This document shows positions 1-7,963 of a stretch of 20,091 nt of DNA, one piece after another. The stretch comes from an uncultured bacterium (lineage in GTDB: Bacteria > Chloroflexota > UBA5177 > JANWHV01), in contig CAVSOU010000019.1 in assembly GCA_963729625.1 (NCBI GenBank), forward strand, positions 1-20,091. The letters run 5' to 3'. Under the pieces are notes generated by a model. It did no database searches. It saw nothing but the letters and a program-made list of their open reading frames with translations, and was not told the DNA's origin. The position numbers and the translations under genes were made by a program. Numbering within the stretch: position 1 is the stretch's first letter; each line of letters begins with the position of its first letter.

Positions 1-36
1 CGCGATAGACTGGACGAACGGGAGACCGGGGGCCAT
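1..36 (-). CDS. 5' end of an unidentified CDS running off the window (MAPGLPFVQSIA...)
   Basis: ATG at 36-34 with a strong SD GAGGAGAA (reverse complement of 42-49) 5 nt upstream; frame open to the window edge. Only 12 codons are visible. Confidence 0.35.
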   Translation of the reverse strand, partial: MAPGLPFVQSIA

Positions 37-260
37 TGACGTTCTCCTCACTGCTGGACGTAGGAATCTCAGTGAGTAGAGGTTGGCTTCCTGTCTCCCG
101 CGTTTTTACCTCAACTGTGGAGAACTAAATCCCCCTGGCCACGTCCACCGCGCTCCGGTCGTGGAATTCTCACCTGTCGTTGGTCTACCAGAACATCGCG
201 CCTGCGCGCTCTAGCGAGCTGCCGCGGCCAGGTCACGTCAAGGCATTATAACGGCGGAAC

Positions 261-1214
261 TCAGCGACAACCTGTCGTGCGGAGAGCGTCACATGCGACC
301 GTGAGCGCGCCCACGAGTCCTGCCTCGTCTCCGAATCGTGCCACGGCGAAGCGCACAGCGTGCCCAGATGTGGGCAGCGTCCGTTGCCGCACCACGTCTT
401 GCATCGGGTCGAGCAGGAGCGCCCCAGCCCGTGCAACGCCACCACCGATCACGACAATCTCGGGATTAAAGAGGTTGATGAGGAAGCGACGCCGATGCCC
501 AGCGCACGCCCCGCCCGACCCATGATGTCTCGTGCCACCCGGTCTCCCGCCTGGGCCGCACCGGCGACATCGCGGCCGTCACCGGCGAACCCTCCCGCCG
601 CAGCGTCGTGCTCGCCCCAGCTTCCAACTGCTCTCGTGCCATACGTGCGATCGCCGTCCCTGAAGCCAGTGCTTCAAGATGCCCCGGGCTACCGCATACG
701 CAGATGGGTCCCTCAACGTCCACCGTCATGTGGCCAATCTCGCCCGCCGCGCCGTCCCGTCCCAGCAACAGACTTCCACCGGTAATGATTCCGCCGCCAA
801 TGCCCGTGCTGACGGTCATATAGATGACGTGCTGCGTGCCCACTCCGGCGCCGTAGCGCCACTCGGCCACGGCCGCCATGTTGGCGTCGTTCCCAACATG
901 GACACTCTTCCCGTGCGCCGCTCAAGCTGGTCGCGCAGGGGCATCTCCCAGATAGGGAGGGTGGGCGACGCGTGCACGACGCCGGTCCGGTGATCCACGG
1001 CGCCTGAGGTGCCTACGCCCCATCCCAGTATCGCGTCCTCAGGCACGCCGGCCTCCGCACACGCGCGACCGGCCACCACAATCATCGCCTCGATCAACGC
1101 CTCAGTCCCATCGTGCGTTGGCGTCGCCGTCTTGCAGGATGCCAGGATGGTTCCATCACCGCGTCCGACCGCTGCGCGTGTGGACGTTCCGCCGAGATCA
1201 ATCGCTACAAACAC
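261..1214 (-). CDS. ROK family sugar kinase (glucokinase-like), frameshifted
   Basis: ORF pieces 816-1214, 466-879 and 261-452 give in order IDLGGT, NDAN.AA.AEW.YGAG, TVSTGIGGG, GEIGH, CVCGSPGHLE and VIGGGV. About three frameshifts (~890, ~570, ~480); the first is a 1-nt loss in a G run. SD GAAGAGG precedes GTG at 1214. Confidence 0.85.
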
Positions 1215-1733
1215 CTGATGACCTCTTCTGCTTGCTTCTCAATGGGCTTGCCGTCGTTGCCCGCCACGACAGCCTGCATGCTATTCCTGAGCTTCGAGGG
1301 CTCTCGCTCCGTCTCGCGCTGAGCCTTCCCATGCGCTCGGGCTCAATGTGAACGAGCTCGGAACGTCCTTGATCATGGCGCGCTGCTCCACTGGCACTGC
1401 ACGAGTATGGTAGCACGGATGCCAACTTGCGAAGGCGAGTAACAGATGAGATTCGAATTCAAGGAAATCATCTTGCCTGCGGAGGCCGAGATACGGATGA
1501 AAATCGGGGCTCGGTATGCTTGAGGGCGGGAAGGGGTACAGAGGTCGAGCGGTTTTGGTGCGGAGAGCCCGTAAGGAAATCTGACCGCGGGTGCGTTTTG
1601 GCAATGATGCGTGTGGCCATGGCGGCTCTGTTGGGCGCGGCGATGAGCACGGGAGTAAACTGATGCGTATTCCAAGCACCCCCACCCCGGAACAAGAGCG
1701 ACCAAGCCCGTAGGTTAGGATGGGGATACGAGG

Positions 1734-2036
1734 ACGGAGGTAGTATGCGGGCGGTGCGCGGGGCTGGATGTGCACTTGCGACTCGTTCTCCTGAAATGAG
1801 GGTGCAACACGTTCAAGGATGGAGGCTAGATGTCAGCACCTCGCCAGCTACTTACCCGACTTTGGAGGTAGGCGGGGAGGGGCAACCCTCCTCGCCTGGC
1901 CAGCAAGCAGAGCGTCGCAGCCTGCGCGCTGGCCGGCGCCTCCACAGGCGAGGCCAGGCAGGACGTGCGCACGATCGGCACGATGACGCGGGACCTGGAG
2001 GCGCTGAGCCGTTGGCTGGTGGCAGCGGGGGTTGAG
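1734..2036 (+). pseudogene. IS110-family transposase N-terminal (DEDD RuvC-like) remnant, interrupted
   Basis: 1734-1775 reads (ACG)EVVCGRCAGLDVH and 1905-2036 continues in frame KQSVAACALAGASTGEARQDVRTIGTMTRDLEALSRWLVAAGVE. Joined, this fits the IS110 N-terminal pattern MEV...RCAGLDVHK..V.AC...VRTFGTMT.DL.AL..WL...GV. The start codon is ACG and similarity stops before the MESTG motif. Confidence 0.8.
1776..1904 (+). mobile_element. 129-bp group II intron-like mini element (5' end plus domain VI; no domain V, no RT)
   Basis: Precise insertion between the His and Lys codons with no target duplication. Begins TTGCGACTCGTT. Ends with the stem GGT-AGGCGGGGAGGG-GCAA-CCCTCCTCGCCT-[G bulge]-GCC then AGC. 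In-frame TGA at 1797-1799. Confidence 0.65.
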
Positions 2037-2066
2037 CGGAGATCCGCGCCTTGCCGGAGTTGACAA

Positions 2067-2223
2067 TCATGGTCCGTGCCGAGGCGCTGCTGGCCGCCGC
2101 CTCACAGACCTGGGTAGACTTCAGGTGTCGATCATGCCGCTCCTTCAAACCGCACCAATCTGGCAACGCTCGACCAATGCAGCGCATGCGTTCAGGCAGC
2201 TCGTGCTGCGAGATGCGGTAGGC
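2067..2223 (+). repeat. Diverged partial copy of mtnK coding sequence (direct repeat of 2947-2971 joined to 3154-3290)
   Basis: Manual alignment: 2067-2091 matches 2947-2971 at 21/25; 2088-2223 matches 3154-3290 with 19 substitutions and 1 indel (~85%). The segments join at a shared TGCT. Confidence 0.9.
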
Positions 2224-2261
2224 CATGGTCACGAGTATTTACATTGGGAAGGGCACAAAAG

Positions 2262-3497
2262 ATGGGGCATCACAGCGAGGATGGAGGTGGCAAGCCATAT
2301 CACGCTCTGAGCGTTCAAGACGCCGCGGCATACGCTGCGGCATGCGCGCCACTGCGCGACATCGTGCCCGCCGGCGGCGAGTTGGAGGCCCGGGAGGTTG
2401 GCGACGGCAATCTGAACCAAGTCTTCCTTGTCTCCAGCGCTTCCGGCGCCTCCGTAGTGATCAAGCAGGCCATTCCGTATCTCCGACTGGTGGGAGAGAC
2501 GTGGCCACTCACGATGGAGCGAAACACCTTTGAACGCCACGCTTATGCACTCTACACCCAGTGGGTTCCCGATCTAGTACCCCGAGTCTACCACGAAGAC
2601 GCTAAGTTGGCGCTGTTTGTGATGGAGGACTTATCCCGGTTGCGCATTGTGCGTGGTGCGCTTGTCGAAGGCCACCTGTACACAGACCTTGCTTCAGCAA
2701 TCGCTCGCTTCTGCGCCGAGACGGCGCTGCGTACGAGTGACTTCTATGTCGCGGGCATGGAGAAGAAGGGGCTTGTAGGCCAGTTCATCAATCCCGAACT
2801 GTGCAAGATAACGGAAGACCTTGTGCTGACGGATCCGTTCTACAACGCGCCCTCAAACAGCTTTGAATCCGAATTGCAGCCGGCCATCGGTAATCTGTGG
2901 GCCGACCAGCGCACGTGCGATGGCGTTGCCAGGCTGCGCTACGCGTTCATGACCCGCGCCGAGGCACTGCTCCATGGGGACCTGCATACCGGCAGCGTGA
3001 TGGGGAGCGACGCCGAGATCAAGATCCTTGATCCCGAATTCTGCTTCTTTGGACCCATGGGCTTCGACATTGGCATGTTTATCGCCAACTTGTTCATCAG
3101 TGCCGTGGCGCATCAAGCGCTAGCGGGAACTGCCTGTGACTTCGCTGAGACGATGCTGGCCGCCGCCTCACAGACCTGGCTGGACTTCAGGTGTCGATCG
3201 ATGTCGCTCCTTCAAGCTGCGCCGGTCTGGCGACTCTCGACTAGTGCACAGCATGAATTCATGCATCTAGTGCTGCGAGATGCGGTAGGCTTCGCCGGCA
3301 CCGAGATGATCCGGCGTACGATTGGACTCGCGCATGTGGCCGACCTCGACAGGATCACGCCGGCGGAAGTGCGCCTTCGCGCGAAGACGATGACAATTGC
3401 CATCGGCCGTGCCCTCGTCAGCATGCATCAGCAGGTCGATTGCTTTGATGAGGTGCTCACCATGGTTCGCAACTTGAGCAGAGTGACCTTGGCATGA
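2262..3497 (+). CDS. mtnK: S-methyl-5-thioribose kinase
   Basis: Motifs EVGDGNLNQVF, IKQAIPYLRLVGETWPL, MEDLS, FINPELCKITEDLV.TDP, LLHGDLHTGS, DPEF.FFGPMGFDIG and RRTIGLAHVAD. ATG 2262 follows GGGAAGGG (the ORF track starts at TTG 2244). Confidence 0.95.
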   Translation: MGHHSEDGGGKPYHALSVQDAAAYAAACAPLRDIVPAGGELEAREVGDGNLNQVFLVSSASGASVVIKQAIPYLRLVGETWPLTMERNTFERHAYALYTQWVPDLVPRVYHEDAKLALFVMEDLSRLRIVRGALVEGHLYTDLASAIARFCAETALRTSDFYVAGMEKKGLVGQFINPELCKITEDLVLTDPFYNAPSNSFESELQPAIGNLWADQRTCDGVARLRYAFMTRAEALLHGDLHTGSVMGSDAEIKILDPEFCFFGPMGFDIGMFIANLFISAVAHQALAGTACDFAETMLAAASQTWLDFRCRSMSLLQAAPVWRLSTSAQHEFMHLVLRDAVGFAGTEMIRRTIGLAHVADLDRITPAEVRLRAKTMTIAIGRALVSMHQQVDCFDEVLTMVRNLSRVTLA

Positions 3498-4577
3498 GCG
3501 CCAATGTTGCGCTCGAATCCGTCCTGCGGACGATCGCATGGCAGCAGGATCACCTGGTCATCCTGGATCAAACCGCGCTGCCGGGTGAACGGAGTGAAAT
3601 ACCGCTCTATACTATGCAGCATACTTTGACGGCGATCCAGTCTCTGCAAGTGCGAGGAGCGCCGCTGATAGGCGTGACTGCTGCATTCGGGCTCTACCTC
3701 GGAATGCGCGAGGCGCTGGCGAAAGGTGGCGCCGATCCCGCAGTGGAACTATCCCGGTGTGTCGAGTACTTGACGAGCGCCCGGCCCACGGCCGTCAATC
3801 TGGCCTGGACCCTGCGGCAAGCGACTACGCATGTTGCGCCGTTCCTTCCTGCAGGCACCGCGGCTCTCCTCGCAGCGCTGCTGTCGTTTGCGCAGGACGC
3901 CCAGACCCAGGATGTGGCTTCGAACCGGGCTATCGGCAAGCACGCACTGCCGCTACTACAAGATTGCACCTCGATCCTCAGGCACTGCAATGCCGGCTGG
4001 CTGGCGACGGCCGGCTATGGCGCGGCGCTTTCTGCTGCTGCGGGAACAGAACCGCCGGGTGCCGCACGTGTTCGTAGACGAGACACGACCCGTGTTGTAT
4101 GGATCGCGCCTGACCGCGTGGGAGCTGGGGCAGGCAGGAATCCCGGCAACCCTGACCTGTGACAACATGGCTGCGGCCGTGATGGCCGACAGCCGGGTCG
4201 ATGCGGTGATCGTCGGCTGCGATCGCATGGCGGCGAACGGGGACTTCGCCAATAAGATTGGCACACGGAGCGTGGCAATCCTGGCCAAGGAGTTCCATAT
4301 TCCATTCTATGTCGCCGCGCCGACCTCGTCGATCGACTTCAGCTTGCCCAACGGCACGGGCATTCCGATTGAAGTGCGCTCGGCTACTGAAGTGCGCAAC
4401 ATTGGCGGCACAGCGATCGCGCCGGACATTGACGTGTTCAATCCGGCATTCGACGTGACGCCGCATCGACACGTTTCTGTTTCGGCGGTGGTGAGCGAGC
4501 GCGGCACAGCTATGCCGTCGTTTGAGCTGGCCCTGCGCGCGTTCCGCGAAGCCGGGAGCGCGGGAACGCTGGGTTAA
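3494..4577 (+). CDS. mtnA: S-methyl-5-thioribose-1-phosphate isomerase, frameshifted near 4030
   Basis: The N-terminal ORF has LDQT.LP, VRGAPLIG, ARPTAVNL and HCNAGWLAT. The second frame has DETRP, GSRLTAWEL, G.DR.AANGD.ANKIGT, PFYVAAP and NPAFDVTP. ATGA overlap with the mtnK stop. Confidence 0.9.
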
Positions 4578-4767
4578 GGCAGGGTTGGTCCTATCGTCGG
4601 CCGTGCGGCGTGCTGTTTGAGCCAGATTGCCGGCTGCCGACCGACTTCCTGCCGGTTACTGGAGGCCTGCATCACCTCATGATTTATGGTTGTGGACCTA
4701 CGGGTCCGGGTTGTTGCACACGCCTATTTTGCGACACGGGCTATTGCGACCGTTCTCGCGACCCGTA

Positions 4768-4796
4768 TCGCCGGTTTCGTGCGGCGTGGTTATAAT
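4768..4796 (+). promoter_or_regulatory. Candidate sigma70-type promoter upstream of the MFS gene
   Basis: Perfect TATAAT at 4791-4796 in GC-rich DNA; only a weak -35 (TCGCCG) at 17-nt spacing. Confidence 0.3.
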
Positions 4797-5045
4797 GCGC
4801 CCCGCCGGTCCGCCGGGACCGTGCAGCATCACGGCCTGTACCAAGAACTGGCTTCACGGCAGTGACGAGACCGTGAATCTCGGCGGCTCGTGCCGGCGCC
4901 CATGAGGCAGTTGCACCTTTGGCGATGCGGCGGCCAGGAGCGATGCCAGGGGTGCGGCGTGGGTCGGAGAACGTGGCAGAAAGGAGCAGCCGCCATCGAC
5001 TATGCTATGCTTACGAAGTACGCTTCCATGAGGGTGCAGGCCGAT

Positions 5046-6236
5046 ATGCAACGACCCTTTGTTCGGGCACGGCGCACGTGGCTGGCGTATCTGGCTCTCG
5101 GCTACTACGGCTACGTCATCAACGGTCTCGGGCCGGTGATGCCCTTCCTGCGGTCGGACCTCCACCTGAGCTATGCGCAGGGTAGCCTGCACTCGAGCGC
5201 ATTTGCGCTGGGCATGTTCATCGCCGGACTGCTGGGAGCAAGCGCAGTCCATCGTCTCGGCAGGCATCACGCGATGGTATTCGGTCTCGTCGGCCTGGCG
5301 GCCGGCAGTGTGCTCCTGGTTGCCGGACGCGTGGCGGTCTTCACGCTGGGCGGAGCCCTCCTGATGGGGAGCTTGGGAACGCTCGTTCTCGTCCTTGTGC
5401 CGGCAATCCTTGCCGACGAGCACGGTGCGTCTAGCGCAGTCGCTCTTAACGAAGCGAGTGTAGTGTCGAGCTCCTGTGCGGTGCTAGCGCCCCTGCTCGT
5501 CGGCGGGCTCGCGCGCACCGCCTTTGGCTGGCGCACCGGCTTCCTGCTCGGCGGCCTGATACTCGTGCCCACCGTCCGGCAGCTTCGTAGTATCGCAACG
5601 CCGATGGGCCCTGCCTCAAACAGCAAGCCGGTGCAACGCCGCCCACTCCCGCCTGCCTACTGGGTCTACTGGCTGCTGCTTGTCTGCTGCGTCTCGCTGG
5701 AATTCTCGATGATCTTCTGGACCGCCGACTTCTTGCATGCCGTCGCCCATGTGCAACAGGACAGCGCGGCGGCCCTGGTCAGCGTCTTTCTTGTGGGGAT
5801 GGTCGTGGGCCGTGTCGCGGGCAGCTGGCTGGCGCGCCGCTTCAAGGCGCATGCCATGCTTTTGCCCGCTCTGGCAGTGACGGCCGTGGGCTTCCCGATG
5901 TACTGGCTGATCGGGATCACACCGGTACGCCTCGCTGGACTCTTCCTAACAGGCATCGGCATCTCCACGCTCTACCCCCTGGCGCTCGCAGAAGCCCTCG
6001 GCACGGCCCCGGGGAGAAGCGCCTCGGCCAGTGCCAGGGCCACCCTTGCCTCTGCGACGGCGATCGGCATTGCGCCATTGCTACTGGGAGGGCTGGCCGA
6101 TCACGTCGGGATTAACGCGGCGCATGCAACCGTCGGCGTGCTCATCCTTCTCGCGATGGTCACCAGCCAAGTCGCCCGCCAGACAGCATCCGATCTGGAA
6201 ACAAGACAAATCGAGGACCGCGCGGCGTCCTGTTAG
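5046..6236 (+). CDS. MFS transporter
   Basis: About 12 hydrophobic segments, motif-A-like GLLGASAVHRLGRH, and second-half G.VVGRVAGSWLARRF and GGLADHVGI. Start uncertain (ATG 5007, 5028 or 5046); the extension to 4890 is unlikely. Confidence 0.88.
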   Translation: MQRPFVRARRTWLAYLALGYYGYVINGLGPVMPFLRSDLHLSYAQGSLHSSAFALGMFIAGLLGASAVHRLGRHHAMVFGLVGLAAGSVLLVAGRVAVFTLGGALLMGSLGTLVLVLVPAILADEHGASSAVALNEASVVSSSCAVLAPLLVGGLARTAFGWRTGFLLGGLILVPTVRQLRSIATPMGPASNSKPVQRRPLPPAYWVYWLLLVCCVSLEFSMIFWTADFLHAVAHVQQDSAAALVSVFLVGMVVGRVAGSWLARRFKAHAMLLPALAVTAVGFPMYWLIGITPVRLAGLFLTGIGISTLYPLALAEALGTAPGRSASASARATLASATAIGIAPLLLGGLADHVGINAAHATVGVLILLAMVTSQVARQTASDLETRQIEDRAASC

Positions 6237-6867
6237 CGAGCGCTGTCTTGTGCCTGTAGCACCGTCTGCCTCGCTTAACCTTGATCAGATTGTGCACGTG
6301 CCGGCCGGAGCAGCGGCTGCGCTCCTGCAACTGCGGACAGTGGACGGCACGGTGCTCGGGATACTGAATCGCTGCACCTTGCGCCAATGATGTGCACCAA
6401 GCGAGCGCAATCGGTGCAGCGCTCGGGAACTGGCCGGCGTGCGGGCCTCGGCGCCACGCGGCCAGCAGGAGCATTTGCAGCTAGCAGGACATTGCTCTGC
6501 CACTACCTAGCTGGCGAACAACTCACTTGAGGTTGCACGCCGGCCTGGTCATCCTCCAGCCTGGAGCCGAACGTCCCGCCGTTATGCCTCGGCAAGTCCG
6601 GGTCTTGGGATGTAAACGATCGGCGCAATGATCACACGAGCCTGGTAGGCGCTGTTCAGTCGAGCGATGCCGGGGCGGAACGTCTGGCTGCATATTCTTG
6701 CACTACAGGAACCATGGTCTTGGCACGCGCGGATCGCCTACTCCCAAGCATCACTGCCAACGGAGCCGTGCGATCATCGGGCGCAAGGATTTGATCGTTT
6801 GCCGATGACGATCAGCATGGTCCACGCTAGGAGCAGCCGACGGCATGCATACTGGGTGCCTGCGGTA

Positions 6868-7284
6868 CTAGGGCACGCGCTCCAGGGCAACCACGGGAAT
6901 GGTGCGCGTGGTCTTGGCCTGGTAGTCGGCGAAGCCGGGATAGCGCGCCGCCTGCTCCTGGTAGATGCGGTCCCGCTCGGCGCCGGTCACCGGCGTGGCG
7001 GTGGCCTGGAAGGTCTTCGTGCCCTGCTCGACGGTCACCGTGGGGTGCGTGAGGAGGTTGTGGTACCAGGCCGGGTTGGTCGGGGCGCCGGCTTTGGAGG
7101 CGAAGACGTAGAGCCGCCCGCCCTCGGCCAGGTACATCATCGGCGTGGTGAGGCGGCGGCCGGTCTTGGCCCCCGTGGTGGTCAGCAGGAGCAAGGGGGC
7201 ACCTATGAACTGACCGCCGACCTTGCCTCCGTGCGCGCGAAACTCCTCAATCACCTGGCGATTCCACTCGTTGGGCTCAACCAT
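6868..7284 (-). CDS. Nitroreductase-family deazaflavin (F420H2)-dependent oxidoreductase, Ddn-like
   Basis: Motifs WNRQVIEEFRAHGGKVGG, LLLTTTGAKTG, ASKAGAPTNPAWYHNL..HP and YQAKTTRTIPVVAL; SD GGGAGGG/GGAG upstream. Confidence 0.93.
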   Translation of the reverse strand: MVEPNEWNRQVIEEFRAHGGKVGGQFIGAPLLLLTTTGAKTGRRLTTPMMYLAEGGRLYVFASKAGAPTNPAWYHNLLTHPTVTVEQGTKTFQATATPVTGAERDRIYQEQAARYPGFADYQAKTTRTIPVVALERVP

Positions 7285-7327
7285 AGCTCCACCCTCCCGG
7301 TAGTGACTGACTACACCCTATCTGCGT

Positions 7328-7861
7328 TCAGTGTACCGATCGGGACCCGCGGGCCCCTAACCGGCCGAACGCTGCCGTCCTGTGGGCACCGTTCTGCATG
7401 TCGGATGGTTCACGATTCAGGCACCAGATGGCCAAATTCAGCGCCGCCGCGAAGCTCACCCTGGCAAGGTAGGGGATCAGGAGCAGGGCACCCGCGCGTG
7501 AGACACCGCCCATCGCCCGGATCGTGAAGAGGATCGCCAGCCACAATGCGAGGATCTCGAGGAATGCGGCCCGCGGTGCCCGACGCCCGAAGAAGATATA
7601 GGTCCAGAGCACATTGAGCAGCAGCTGGAGTCGGAACAGCGCCAGAGCTGGCCGGACCCGTTCGTCCTCGGCCCGGCCCGCCAGGTAGCACGTGACACCA
7701 GTGCAGGCATAGAGCGCCGTCCACACAGGACCAAAGAGCCAGTTCGGCGGGTTGAACCCGGGCTTGCGCAACGCCGCGTACCAGGTCGGGAGCGAGCGCG
7801 TCGTGAAGAGCGCGCCCACCGCGCCAGCGGTCTCACACGCGACGATGCTAAACTGGCTCAT
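7328..7861 (-). CDS. tspO: TspO/MBR family tryptophan-rich sensory protein
   Basis: Motifs WYAALRKPGFNPPNWLFGPVWTALY, QLLLNVLWTYIFFG and LLIPYLA.VSFAAALN. Start taken at ATG 7861. Some atypical residues (Arg in place of the usual Trp in PYLAWV). Confidence 0.88.
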   Translation of the reverse strand: MSQFSIVACETAGAVGALFTTRSLPTWYAALRKPGFNPPNWLFGPVWTALYACTGVTCYLAGRAEDERVRPALALFRLQLLLNVLWTYIFFGRRAPRAAFLEILALWLAILFTIRAMGGVSRAGALLLIPYLARVSFAAALNLAIWCLNREPSDMQNGAHRTAAFGRLGARGSRSVH

Positions 7862-7963
7862 CTCGAAGTCGCCTGACCGGGCCTGTACACTGGGAGACGA
7901 AGTCGATCCCGGGGCTGGACATGCAGACGTAGATACTGGCGACGATGCCAGACCAGAGGAATC

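Noticed and set aside
1560-1595. GGAGAGCCCGTAAGGAAATCTGACCGCGGG as a group II domain V
   Set aside because: Length and pairing do not fit domain V, and it lies outside the insertion.
2060-2090. Perfect TTGACA as an mtnK promoter -35
   Set aside because: No -10-like hexamer at 16-18 nt spacing.
1400-2260. SAM-I (S-box) riboswitch ahead of mtnK
   Set aside because: No S-box core motifs recognised; much of the region is explained by the IS110 relic and the mtnK copy.
2088-3290. DGR template/variable repeat pair (2088-2223 versus 3154-3290)
   Set aside because: Only 7 of 19 mismatches are at A in the upstream copy, there is an indel, no reverse transcriptase is in the window, and the target is a kinase interior.
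6237-6860. Short ORFs between the MFS and Ddn genes
   Set aside because: No recognisable motifs or good SD sequences; may be decayed sequence but cannot be called.
6667-7527. 286-aa + strand ORF
   Set aside because: Antisense shadow of the Ddn-family gene and the tspO end.
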